A stretch of 32,000 bases of DNA from NCBI GenBank assembly GCA_964589775.1, contig CAZPUN010000027.1, forward strand, positions 10,923-42,922, read 5' to 3'. Position numbers and translations under genes: made by a program. The notes under the pieces were generated by a model, which was not told the origin of the DNA, did no database searches, and saw nothing but the letters and a program-made list of their open reading frames with translations. Of this stretch, positions 10,217-19,308 are shown one piece after another. Origin of the DNA: an uncultured archaeon. Its GTDB lineage: Archaea > Asgardarchaeota > Thorarchaeia > Thorarchaeales > CAZPUN01. How positions within the stretch are numbered: position 1 is the first letter of the stretch; each line of letters opens with the position of its first letter.

Positions 10217-10321
10217 AATTAAGACCTCACGTCTACTAATACCAATCGAAATAACTCTTTTCTGACTATATATATTTATTGAAATAAAAATAGAACATTT
10301 TAGAAAATGTTTGTTTTTAAA

Positions 10322-10355
10322 GAATAAAAAATAGGTGAGATATGAGAAATCTCAC
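10322..10355 (-). terminator. Hairpin plus U-tract at the Tes stop codon
   Basis: 7-bp stem GTGAGAT/ATCTCAC (10335-10355) followed on the minus strand by TATTTTTTATTCTTT. Confidence 0.5.
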
Positions 10356-11992
10356 TCAAGTGCTTCGCGTACGGAATCCTTTTCTACTTCAGTTAGTTTC
10401 TTCTTAGATGCGAGCCATTCTTTAATGCTGACTGAGAATTTCTCTTCAACGCGAGGTCTGTGAATTGTGTTCATTGTGCAGAATGGAATAATTCTTCCAT
10501 CGGGAATTCCGTAGTTAATATCACAGTGCTGTACGCGCTCTAAATCAATATTATATGGGTCCTGGAAGTGCATTGCGCTAACCATGATAACTCTTTGCAT
10601 AAATTCAGCAAGTGAGTCATAATCACCTCTGTTGAAGAATGCATTAAGTAGATCCTTTAAGATTCCCTTCTTCTTGAAGTGTCTGATTGAACCGGCGATT
10701 CTGAACTTGGCTTTCATACGTGATATTCTACCGCCATTTACAAGGTCATTGTTGATTCCTTCAAGAGTCTTAAGGAAGTTATCTACATTGATGTATTTTG
10801 TAATTGGTTCATAGTCCTTGCCATCTTCGTCCATAATGATGAATGTTGCAGCACCGCATGCTGGATGGCATGATAATTCAAGCTGTGGGCGGCCCTTCAA
10901 GAGACCTAATACACGACCAATTGGGAGCATTGCAGGAACTGGATACCAGTCATGTGGCTTGATCCGGCCGTCTGTTTGCTCATCCATTAGGTGGATCAAG
11001 TCAGGAATTGTTATTCTCATATTATTTCGTTCTTCACGATTGATTCTTCCAGTTATACTAACAGGCTGGAAGTTAACTCCACGTACAACATCTCGGTTTT
11101 CAACAGCAAAATTAATGATGTCACCAACTTGGTCATCATTTAAGCCACGGACAAGTGTGGGTACAAGAACAATACTGTTCAATCCTGCTTTTCGAGCGTT
11201 TTCAATCGCTTGTAATTTCTTCGGTAATAAGTCTTCACCACGAGCTGCAATGTATGGTTCAGGGGTTAGACCATCAAATTGCATGTATAGTGTACTAAGC
11301 CCAGCTTCTTTTAGTTTCTTTGCATATTTCAGGCTATTTGCGATTCTAATTGCATTAGTTGCGATTTCAACGTGTTTAAATCCTAATTCCTTTGCCCATT
11401 TAATATATTGTGGCAAGTGCTCGCTTACAGTTGGTTCTCCACCTGCAAACTGAACAGCTGGTGCAGGTACAGGACGATTTGCTCGTAGGTTCTTTAGAAT
11501 TTCATAAATTTGTTCGGGAGTTGGTTCATAGACGGTACCCGAATGAGCTGCATTTGCAAAACAGATTGGACATCTTAAGTTGCACCTGTTTGTAATATCA
11601 ATAAGTGCAAGTGCAGTGTGGCTCTTATGGAATGGACATAAACCACAGTCTTCCGGACAACCTTTGACAATTTTCGTTCGTGGATTATCAAGACCAATGC
11701 TCTTATACCAGTATTTAAAGGCGCGTTCAAGTAATTTTGCATCGCCCCAATATACATCTACAGTTTCGCCATGTACCGGGCATGTCTTCTTTAGCATAGC
11801 TTTGCCATTCTCTTCATAAACTGTCATTTTGATAACGCGGACTTCGTTATTTTCAAGTAAACATTGATCGCAAATAGATTCAGTTTCAAATGGCAGCTTG
11901 CGTTCTGGATACTTTTTCAAAATATATCTGGCTCTTTCTTCCTTTGTGCTGCCATGGGTGATTTTATCTTCAGGTACTAGTACATCTGTCAT
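10352..11992 (-). CDS. tes: Tetraether lipid synthase (Tes / GDGT-MAS, MJ0619 family radical SAM)
   Basis: N-terminal CxxC...CPVHG, CPEDCGLCPFH, radical SAM motif CNLRCPIC, GGEPT, YMQFDG, NFQPVS, and C-terminal CHPACG / HCDI / IPFC auxiliary-cluster cysteines. Confidence 0.9.
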   Translation of the reverse strand: MTDVLVPEDKITHGSTKEERARYILKKYPERKLPFETESICDQCLLENNEVRVIKMTVYEENGKAMLKKTCPVHGETVDVYWGDAKLLERAFKYWYKSIGLDNPRTKIVKGCPEDCGLCPFHKSHTALALIDITNRCNLRCPICFANAAHSGTVYEPTPEQIYEILKNLRANRPVPAPAVQFAGGEPTVSEHLPQYIKWAKELGFKHVEIATNAIRIANSLKYAKKLKEAGLSTLYMQFDGLTPEPYIAARGEDLLPKKLQAIENARKAGLNSIVLVPTLVRGLNDDQVGDIINFAVENRDVVRGVNFQPVSITGRINREERNNMRITIPDLIHLMDEQTDGRIKPHDWYPVPAMLPIGRVLGLLKGRPQLELSCHPACGAATFIIMDEDGKDYEPITKYINVDNFLKTLEGINNDLVNGGRISRMKAKFRIAGSIRHFKKKGILKDLLNAFFNRGDYDSLAEFMQRVIMVSAMHFQDPYNIDLERVQHCDINYGIPDGRIIPFCTMNTIHRPRVEEKFSVSIKEWLASKKKLTEVEKDSVREALE

Positions 11993-12201
11993 TTATTTCA
12001 CCTTAATCATAAATCATTATCTTATTACCATTATCAGTGGTAAGTTATTAATTTTCAATTAACTTTTAATTATATAAGGATTTTCCGAAGTATCATATTT
12101 TGAGAAGTGAAATATGGCAAAAATTTTCTACTTGTATATCAATAAATTAAATAGCATAAGGCAAAAACAACGTCATAAGCATTTAATAGGAGATACTTGG
12201 A

Positions 12202-13752
12202 TTGGAACGAATAATCGTTATCGATTTCGGAGGACAATATACCCATTTAATTGCTCGAAGAATCCGCGAGCTCGGAACATATAGTGAGATACTCCCTGCA
12301 TCACGTGGGCTTGACAAATTAAATATGGATGGTGTAATTGGGTTCATACTATCTGGAGGTCCACGTAGTGTCAAAAATAGTAATAGTATAAATGATGAAA
12401 TTCAAATTGTAAATACGCTTCAAAAGATTGGATTACCTGTTTTAGGCATTTGTTATGGTCATCAATTGCTTAGTCTTGCCTTAGGTGGTAAAGTAGAAAG
12501 TGGCAAACTGCGAGAATATGGTAAAACTGTCGCACAAATTGTGCCACAAGATATTTTTGAAGGCTTGAAAAATCATGAAGTCGTTTGGATGAGCCACACA
12601 GATCTTGTATCAAATCCTCCTGAAAATGCTGAGATACTGGCAAAGACAGAATCCTGTCCTATAGCTGCTTTGAAATATAATGTCGCAAATTGGTATTCGA
12701 CACAGTTTCATCCGGAGGTTCATCATACTGAATCTGGGATGAAAATACTTGAAAACTTCCTACGTAAGATATGTCGTGCGAAGGAGCATTGGGATCCTGG
12801 TGATATAATTGAACAGATTAAAACTGCAGTTAAACGTGAAATTGGTTCTTCAAATGTAATTATGGCCGTTAGTGGTGGTGTTGATTCTACTGTTGCTTCG
12901 TATATTTTGCATTTGGTATCTCCTGACAATCTTTATTGTATCTTTGTTGATAATGGGTTATTACGAAAAAACGAAGCAGAAGAAGTCAAACAATTCTATG
13001 AAAAGTTTGGATTTAAGCATTTTATGATGATTGATGCTTCTAAAGAATTTTTGGATATGTTGAAAGGAATAACGGATCCTGAAGAGAAGCGTAAAGTTAT
13101 TGCGGAGACATTCATCCGCGTATTCGAACGTGAAGCAAACAATCTTTCTAAAAAGGGTATAAATATTGAATTTTTAGGGCAGGGTACAATCTATCCAGAC
13201 CGTATCGAATCTGCTGGAACCGGAGAAAAAAGTGCAAAGATAAAAAGTCATCATAATGTTGCATTACCTGACTGGTTAAATCTCAAGGTCGTTGAGCCTC
13301 TTAAAGATCTTTATAAAGATGAAGTAAAAGAACTTGCAAAAAAGCTGGGATTACCTGAAACACTTATCAATCGCCAACCGTTTCCCGGTCCTTCACTAGC
13401 TATACGTATTATTGGTGAAGTTACCGAAGAACGATTATCTATACTACGGGAAGCTGACGCAATTGTTAGAGAATATATAGACCGCTCGGATATTCGCAAT
13501 CAATTATGGCAGTATTTTGCGGTTTTATTACCAATTTCCAGCGTAGGTGTAATGGGTGATTCCAGAACATATGAACATACAATTGCAATCCGCATAGTTG
13601 AGAGTAAAGATGGTATGACTGCAAATTTTGCAAAAATTGATTGGGATCTTCTTGAAAAGATTGCGTCTGAGATTGTAAACCGAGTTCACGGTATAAACCG
13701 AGTCGTATACGATATTACTAATAAACCTCCTGCAACTATTGAGTGGGAATAA
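12202..13752 (+). CDS. guaA: GMP synthase (fused glutaminase and ATP-PPase domains)
   Basis: DFGGQY, GICYGHQL, QFHPEV, SGGVDS, IKSHHNV, RQPFPGP and KPPATIEWE. TTG start after GGAG. Confidence 0.97.
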   Translation: MERIIVIDFGGQYTHLIARRIRELGTYSEILPASRGLDKLNMDGVIGFILSGGPRSVKNSNSINDEIQIVNTLQKIGLPVLGICYGHQLLSLALGGKVESGKLREYGKTVAQIVPQDIFEGLKNHEVVWMSHTDLVSNPPENAEILAKTESCPIAALKYNVANWYSTQFHPEVHHTESGMKILENFLRKICRAKEHWDPGDIIEQIKTAVKREIGSSNVIMAVSGGVDSTVASYILHLVSPDNLYCIFVDNGLLRKNEAEEVKQFYEKFGFKHFMMIDASKEFLDMLKGITDPEEKRKVIAETFIRVFEREANNLSKKGINIEFLGQGTIYPDRIESAGTGEKSAKIKSHHNVALPDWLNLKVVEPLKDLYKDEVKELAKKLGLPETLINRQPFPGPSLAIRIIGEVTEERLSILREADAIVREYIDRSDIRNQLWQYFAVLLPISSVGVMGDSRTYEHTIAIRIVESKDGMTANFAKIDWDLLEKIASEIVNRVHGINRVVYDITNKPPATIEWE

Positions 13753-13769
13753 AAAATAAGAGGGAGATT

Positions 13770-14498
13770 TCAAATCTTCGGGAATTCTCCTCTTTCAAAT
13801 TTTTTTACGAAATCTACCAACTCATTTATAGCTGCTTCGACTATTACTGTACCTTTTGCTGGACTTGCTTTTGTTGGATCTCCATACATACCATCTTTAA
13901 GCTGTTTACTTCTTAGTTTTGATGAATAGAAACTAAATTCAAAATGCGGTCTCCATGCAACGGCTTTGCTCAAATCTACAAGGTCCGGTCGCACTGCCAT
14001 GACTTCTGAGGTCTCGTCTTCCGCCGCATGGCCTTCTTGAGTTTCTAAAACTTTCTTGCGTGCGTCTTTTCCAAGATCTAACCACCAGTTTATTACTACA
14101 ATTATTGCATCGTTTCCTTCGCACGCTTCTTCTGCGGCAGCTCTAATATGTCCTGCATTACCTCCATGTCCATTTAGTACTATAATTTTCTTGATTCCAT
14201 TTGCTATTATTGCTCGTAAGACTTCAGTATAGAAGTTACGAAGTGTATCTGGCGATATAGAGATCGTGCCCGGAAAATCTTTGAAATGCCAGGAATCGCC
14301 AAATGGTATAGGCGGAAGAACTAAAGCGTCTGTTTTTTCTGCCACAACTTTAGAAATCTCAGTCGGTAACAACATATCTGTAAAAAGTGGAAGGTGCTTT
14401 CCGTGTGCCTCTAATGAACCACATGGCAGAATTGCAACGCTATTTTCATTCCTTAAGTCATCAAATTTTGGTGAAGATAATTCTCCCCATAATGGCAT
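13770..14498 (-). CDS. Creatininase-family amidohydrolase
   Basis: GSLEAHGKHLPLFTD, NGHGGN and HAAEDETS. Confidence 0.92.
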   Translation of the reverse strand: MPLWGELSSPKFDDLRNENSVAILPCGSLEAHGKHLPLFTDMLLPTEISKVVAEKTDALVLPPIPFGDSWHFKDFPGTISISPDTLRNFYTEVLRAIIANGIKKIIVLNGHGGNAGHIRAAAEEACEGNDAIIVVINWWLDLGKDARKKVLETQEGHAAEDETSEVMAVRPDLVDLSKAVAWRPHFEFSFYSSKLRSKQLKDGMYGDPTKASPAKGTVIVEAAINELVDFVKKFERGEFPKI

Positions 14499-14584
14499 AT
14501 TCTCACTTCCTTATTTTGCGCCAAATATTTAATGTCTATCAGACTTAATACATGTTTTTTTGTGTGTGTTTTTTTGCAAATCAT

Positions 14585-14597
14585 AAAGTTTATGTAT
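14585..14597 (+). promoter_or_regulatory. BRE/TATA of the tRNA-Gln gene
   Basis: AAAGTTTATGTA about 30 nt upstream of the tRNA 5' end. Confidence 0.55.
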
Positions 14598-14626
14598 GTA
14601 TGTTTCATCTCTGTTTATTAGTAAAT

Positions 14627-14720
14627 AGCCCGGTGGTGTAGTGGTCAGGGTAAATTCCCCACAAAAGCATTTGGGACTCTGGATCCCGAGACCCAGGTTC
14701 GAATCCTGGCCGGGCTACCA
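14627..14720 (+). tRNA. tRNA-Gln(CTG) with an 18-nt non-canonical D-loop intron (14647-14664), CCA encoded
   Basis: Acceptor stem AGCCCGG/CCGGGCT. Anticodon arm TGGGA-CTCTGGA-TCCCG. T arm CCAGG-TTCGAAT-CCTGG. Ends in ACCA. Removing 14647-14664 leaves a 76-nt standard tRNA. Confidence 0.95.
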
Positions 14721-14805
14721 TTTATGCCTAATTTTCATTTAACTATTAGTGGTTAGTGAGAATTAGGTCAAAAAAAAGTAGTATTAAAAAAACAATAACA
14801 ACAAG

Positions 14806-14870
14806 GGAGCCCTGTGTGACCTTTTTGCCGGGAGGCCACTTAGGTTCACTAAGCGTGAACACAGGACTCC
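14806..14870 (-). ncRNA. Unidentified small structured RNA candidate (65 nt)
   Basis: 57% GC island with a 12-bp terminal stem GGAGUCCUGUGU/ACACAGGGCUCC. TTTTAAAA TATA box 23-30 nt upstream and T7/T8 tracts downstream. Confidence 0.6.
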
Positions 14871-15022
14871 ATATAATATTTTATATAAATGCTTTTAAAA
14901 TCTTTTGGCTTTTAGCAACTAAATTGTTAAAAAAAGTATATATGTGGATAATTCTTCTACACAAATGTAATATGATTATGCTGAACAATGTATATTTTTT
15001 AAAAGGTAATAGAAATAGCAAG

Positions 15023-15346
15023 TTAGGATTGGTTTTGTAATTCGCGCATACGTCTTTCGCGTTCGCGCATTAATTTTTCGTAGACTTTTTGAAGTTTTTC
15101 TCGTGTCATTGCTCCCAGATACACCTTTACATCATCTACGCCATCTAATGATAAAACGCGTTCTCGTGCATCGTTTGCAATATAGCTTGCTAGAGGACAA
15201 CCAGGAACTGTAAGATCTATTGTTAACTCAACTTTGTTTCCATCAATTTTTATATCTCTTACCATTTCTAGAAAAACAATGTCGGCTCCAATTTCTGGAT
15301 CTACTACGTTTTTTAGAACTTCAATAATTTCCTGTTCGGAGACCAT
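15023..15346 (-). CDS. Metal-sulfur cluster assembly factor (DUF59/SufT/FeS_assembly_P)
   Basis: V.DPEIGADIVFLEMV and LTVPGCPLA. ATG 15346 follows a GGTG SD; 15358 is an alternative start. Confidence 0.92.
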   Translation of the reverse strand: MVSEQEIIEVLKNVVDPEIGADIVFLEMVRDIKIDGNKVELTIDLTVPGCPLASYIANDARERVLSLDGVDDVKVYLGAMTREKLQKVYEKLMRERERRMRELQNQS

Positions 15347-15685
15347 AATCTGCACCATTCATTCTTTTATTTGTATAAAAGGTTCGTTAGCATGTATTAA
15401 AGTTATTCGATAGATACAGATTGTATATTTTTTTAATATTATTTGTACTACGCATGAATATTATTTAATTTGTCTAGATATATGTTAAAATTTTTATAGA
15501 TATTTCAATTGGAAAAATATAAAAGAATTTGTAGTTTCCATTTCATAATCCTTAAATAATACTGCATAGTGGTTTGAACGTAATAATATAATGAGAACAA
15601 GTCATGACAAATTAAATGACAAATAGTTTTGACGCGTTCGCCATTTGGATTATTAAGTTTAAGTTGAACATAAAAGGTGAACAAG

Positions 15686-17899
15686 TTGGTAAGAGTAAAG
15701 AACCCCGACGATATTAGAAAAATGGTTATGGGAGGCGATATTAAGAAAAAGAGAATTATCAGTATCGCTGCCCATATTGACCATGGAAAGACTACAACAA
15801 CTGACTATCTATTACGAAGAGCAGGTCTTATGAGTGATGAAGCTGCAGGTCAGGCTCTGATGACCGATTCCGATGAGGAAGAACAACAGAGAGGCATTAC
15901 AATTTTCACAAGCGTTGTCATGCTTACATTCAAAGTTGGAGATGAAGAATACGTTATTCAATTGAACGATACCCCCGGACACCTTTCATTTACCGGTGAA
16001 GTATCTCGAGCTCTTAGAGCCTCTGATGGTGCAGTAATCTTAGTTGATGCTTTAGAAGGTGTCATGACTCAGACCGAAACCAATATTCGTCTTGCTGTTG
16101 GTGGAGAATATTGTAAGCCTGTTTTGTTCATTAATAAAGTAGATCGATTAATTAATGAACTTAAGCTTCCACCAGCTAAAGTATATGAACGTATTGACAT
16201 GATTATTGATAAAGTGAATGCCCTCATCCGCAAGATTGCACCAAAAGAATACGCAAAGCAATGGCAAGTTAGCTTCCAGAAGGGTAGTGTAGCCATTGGT
16301 TCTGCAAAGCATGGCTGGGGCTTCACGATGGACATTCTGACAGAGAAGAACATCAAGCCCAACCTTGTATTCGAAAAGTATAATGAGGGCGATGTTAAGT
16401 GGCTTCGTGAAAACCTACAACTTGATGAAGCGTTATTACGTATGATTGTGAAGCATCTTCCAGACCCTCAGACCGCTCAGCAGTATCGTATTCCTAAGAT
16501 CTGGACTGGTGATTTAGAGTCAGAAGTCGGAAAAGCTCTTCTGAACTGTGATCCTAATGGTCCTCTACTGGGTATGATTACTAAGATATTTATCGATCCT
16601 AAGAGCAAAAGACCTACACTTATTGGTCGTGTTTATTCCGGTACATTATCTGCCGGTCAGGAAATCTATCTTGTTAATCAGAGAAAGAAGACTCGTGTCA
16701 GAAGACTTGGAGTTATGGAAATCACAGATATCCTTGATGTAGAAAAGATTCCTGCAGGAAACTTATTCGCTGTATTTGGTTTCATGTGCCCTGCAGGCGA
16801 GTCATTCATTGAGCCGGGCAAGAAAATCGCTCCATTTGAGAGCATAGAATATGTAAGCGAACCTGTTGTCAGTCGAAGTATCAAACCAAAAGATCCTCAG
16901 GACCTTGCTAAGCTTGGTGAAGTTGTATCTAAATGGATCATGGCCGATCCCACCGCTCGATTCGTTCATGATAAAGAATCTGGTGAGTATCGTCTAGATG
17001 GTATTGACCCACTTCAGATTGAAATCCTGACCAAGCGTATAAATGAACAGATTCCAATCAAAGTATCCGAGCCAATTATTGTATATCGTGAAGTTCCCGA
17101 AGCACGCAGTCAGGAATATCACACCAAGTCTCCAAATGGTCACAACCGTATCAAGATCTATCTTGAGCCACTAGATGAAAAGACCGTCGAACTTCTTCGT
17201 CGTAAGCGAATTAACATGGAACAGGATCCCAAAGTACGCGGTCAAATTCTTAGAGATGAAGCCGGTTGGGATCCAAAGGCTGCACGAAATATCTGGGATA
17301 TTTATGAAACCAACTTGCTGATTAACGTCACAACTGGAGTTCAGAGATTAGACCGCATTAAAGACTATGTAATCAATATCTTCCGTGAATGGTGTAATCG
17401 TGGTACACTTGCACATGAGCCTGTCATGGGTGTAAAGGTATTCATTACAGATGCCACAGTTCACGTTGATCCTGCTCACACTGGATTTAGTGAAATTATG
17501 ACAATGGTGTCATCCGCATTGAACTTATGTTTCTTAACAGCAGATCCAAAGCTCTATGAACCTATGCTTAAAGTCGACATTAAGACACCTGCAGAGACCC
17601 AAGGTGCAGTTATCAAAGTCCTTACAGGTCATCGTGGTCAGATTCTAGATATTACTCCTGAAGAAGACAGCGTAATTGTAAAGGGAATTATTCCAACTGC
17701 AGAAACAATTGGTATCGCTGATGAATTTCGAAGTGTAACTTCCGGTAGAAGCTTCTTTGGCTATGAGTTTATGGGATTCAGACCAATACCTGCAAACATG
17801 CAAGAAGCTAAGATTCTCGAAATTCGTAAGAGGAAGGGACTTCCAGAAGAATTACCAAAGCCCGACAATTGGCTCAGATTCGTCTACAAGAGAACATAA
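15686..17899 (+). CDS. Translation elongation factor 2 paralog (aEF-2p type GTPase)
   Basis: G1 AHIDHGKTT, G2 RGITI, G3 DTPGH, G4 NKVD, G5 SAK, and KSPNGHNR. Diphthamide loop reads HTG instead of HRG, and GIDPLQ replaces GMGELH. TTG start at 15686 after an AGGTGA SD. Confidence 0.88.
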   Translation: MVRVKNPDDIRKMVMGGDIKKKRIISIAAHIDHGKTTTTDYLLRRAGLMSDEAAGQALMTDSDEEEQQRGITIFTSVVMLTFKVGDEEYVIQLNDTPGHLSFTGEVSRALRASDGAVILVDALEGVMTQTETNIRLAVGGEYCKPVLFINKVDRLINELKLPPAKVYERIDMIIDKVNALIRKIAPKEYAKQWQVSFQKGSVAIGSAKHGWGFTMDILTEKNIKPNLVFEKYNEGDVKWLRENLQLDEALLRMIVKHLPDPQTAQQYRIPKIWTGDLESEVGKALLNCDPNGPLLGMITKIFIDPKSKRPTLIGRVYSGTLSAGQEIYLVNQRKKTRVRRLGVMEITDILDVEKIPAGNLFAVFGFMCPAGESFIEPGKKIAPFESIEYVSEPVVSRSIKPKDPQDLAKLGEVVSKWIMADPTARFVHDKESGEYRLDGIDPLQIEILTKRINEQIPIKVSEPIIVYREVPEARSQEYHTKSPNGHNRIKIYLEPLDEKTVELLRRKRINMEQDPKVRGQILRDEAGWDPKAARNIWDIYETNLLINVTTGVQRLDRIKDYVINIFREWCNRGTLAHEPVMGVKVFITDATVHVDPAHTGFSEIMTMVSSALNLCFLTADPKLYEPMLKVDIKTPAETQGAVIKVLTGHRGQILDITPEEDSVIVKGIIPTAETIGIADEFRSVTSGRSFFGYEFMGFRPIPANMQEAKILEIRKRKGLPEELPKPDNWLRFVYKRT

Positions 17900-17989
17900 T
17901 TTGTTCTCAAATTTTCTCTTCTTTTTTCTAAAATGTCCAACACCATAAATGATAAAATTTAGTTGATGTGTTATTATTTTGTGATATTC

Positions 17990-19303
17990 ATGAACGCTCC
18001 ATATCTTGATTGGTTGAAATATCTTGTTGAGATTCCTTCTGTAAATGATCGTCATGAGAATTTACAACCTGATGATAAGATTCCAAAATTCTTGTATGAA
18101 TTTTTTATAGAAAGACAGTTTAAAACCGAAATTATAGAACAAAATGGTTATTATAGCGTGTTAGCAATAAAAGGGGACCATGGTCCGAAAATTCTATTCC
18201 TTGCGCATTTTGATGTGGTTCCACCAGGAAATGGTTGGCAGACGGACCCATTTAAACTTACCATAAAAGGCGAGAAAGCCTTCGGTCGTGGAACAATTGA
18301 TGATAAAGGAAATGTTGTTGCACTTATGCTTCTTGCTGAAAAATTAAAGGATTTGAATTTAGATGCAACTATTATGATTGGTATAACCGGTGATGAGGAA
18401 ATAGGTGGTCGCAATGGTTCTGTGGCTGTTCGAGAACGTCTCCGCGAGCTTGGGTTATCACCTGAATATGTTATAGTGGCAGATGGTAGTGGGCAGAGGA
18501 TAATCTTTAGACGCAGAAATACATTTCGACTTAGTATATCTGCCAGGTCTCAACTGAAAACGATAAGAGGAATTACTAAAACTATTAGGTTTGAAACTGA
18601 ATATTATAAAAGTCAATCTCGACATTCTGCATATTTTCGTCCAGGATTGGACCGCCACGCATTACTCTGTGCCTCAAGATTCGTACTTGAAAATACAGTT
18701 TATATTAAATCATTGAAGGGTGATTTCATAAAAGAAAATGTAGTACCAAGTTGGGTTGAACTTGAAGTTGTATATCCTGACCCTCAAGGTACTGATCAAT
18801 CTATAGATATGACATTAACAAATCTAGTCAAGTGGTTGTATTCTCTTTCGCGAATGAATTTTCCATCTGAACCAAGTGATTATGGTACAAATATACTTCC
18901 AAATATGATGTTTCATGATGGCGATATATGGTCTGTAAATTTCGATATTCGTGCTATGAGTAATGATAAAAAATCTATTCATAGAGCTGCAGAAAAAGTA
19001 CTAGAGGGGCGTCTTTCATACTCTAAACTTGAGGTTCTAGCAGGTGTGGGTTATGTATCAAATTCATTGGACTCCAAATTAATCAAAGCTGCAGTTTCGC
19101 AATCGCAGGAAATGAATTGGAATTCGGAGCCAATCGAGGGTGCAGGGGCTTCAGATTCACGACATTTCGCTGATGGAGTCACTCAGATATTTGATTTCGG
19201 ACCTTTAGGTACAAATCTTCATGGTCCTAACGAATATGTCCTCTATGAATCAATCCCGGAAACTACTGAGTTCTACTTTGGTCTAATAAAACGTCTGATA
19301 TAG
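17990..19303 (+). CDS. M20/ArgE/DapE-family metallopeptidase/deacylase
   Basis: HFDVVP, GRGTIDDKG, GDEEIGG, GASDSRHF and FGP...HGPNE. Confidence 0.93.
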   Translation: MNAPYLDWLKYLVEIPSVNDRHENLQPDDKIPKFLYEFFIERQFKTEIIEQNGYYSVLAIKGDHGPKILFLAHFDVVPPGNGWQTDPFKLTIKGEKAFGRGTIDDKGNVVALMLLAEKLKDLNLDATIMIGITGDEEIGGRNGSVAVRERLRELGLSPEYVIVADGSGQRIIFRRRNTFRLSISARSQLKTIRGITKTIRFETEYYKSQSRHSAYFRPGLDRHALLCASRFVLENTVYIKSLKGDFIKENVVPSWVELEVVYPDPQGTDQSIDMTLTNLVKWLYSLSRMNFPSEPSDYGTNILPNMMFHDGDIWSVNFDIRAMSNDKKSIHRAAEKVLEGRLSYSKLEVLAGVGYVSNSLDSKLIKAAVSQSQEMNWNSEPIEGAGASDSRHFADGVTQIFDFGPLGTNLHGPNEYVLYESIPETTEFYFGLIKRLI

Positions 19304-19308
19304 CCTAC

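Noticed and set aside
10217-10354. Possible TGA read-through fusing Tes to the prenyl synthase (the 135-bp spacer is in frame and stop-free)
   Set aside because: The spacer translates to non-protein-like sequence and contains a terminator-like hairpin with U-tract, a TATA-like run and a GAGG SD for the downstream gene. No SECIS-like element was seen, so it is most likely chance.
10818-11453. 211-aa plus-strand ORF and the many similar antisense or alternate-frame ORFs inside well-supported genes
   Set aside because: Antisense shadows produced by codon bias, with no motifs.
14756-15040. 94-aa plus-strand ORF
   Set aside because: Low-complexity translation of AT-rich DNA. It overlaps the structured RNA candidate and its promoter.
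15686-17899. Calling this gene canonical fusA (EF-2)
   Set aside because: The HRG and GMGELH motifs are replaced and the context is non-ribosomal, so a paralog is more likely.
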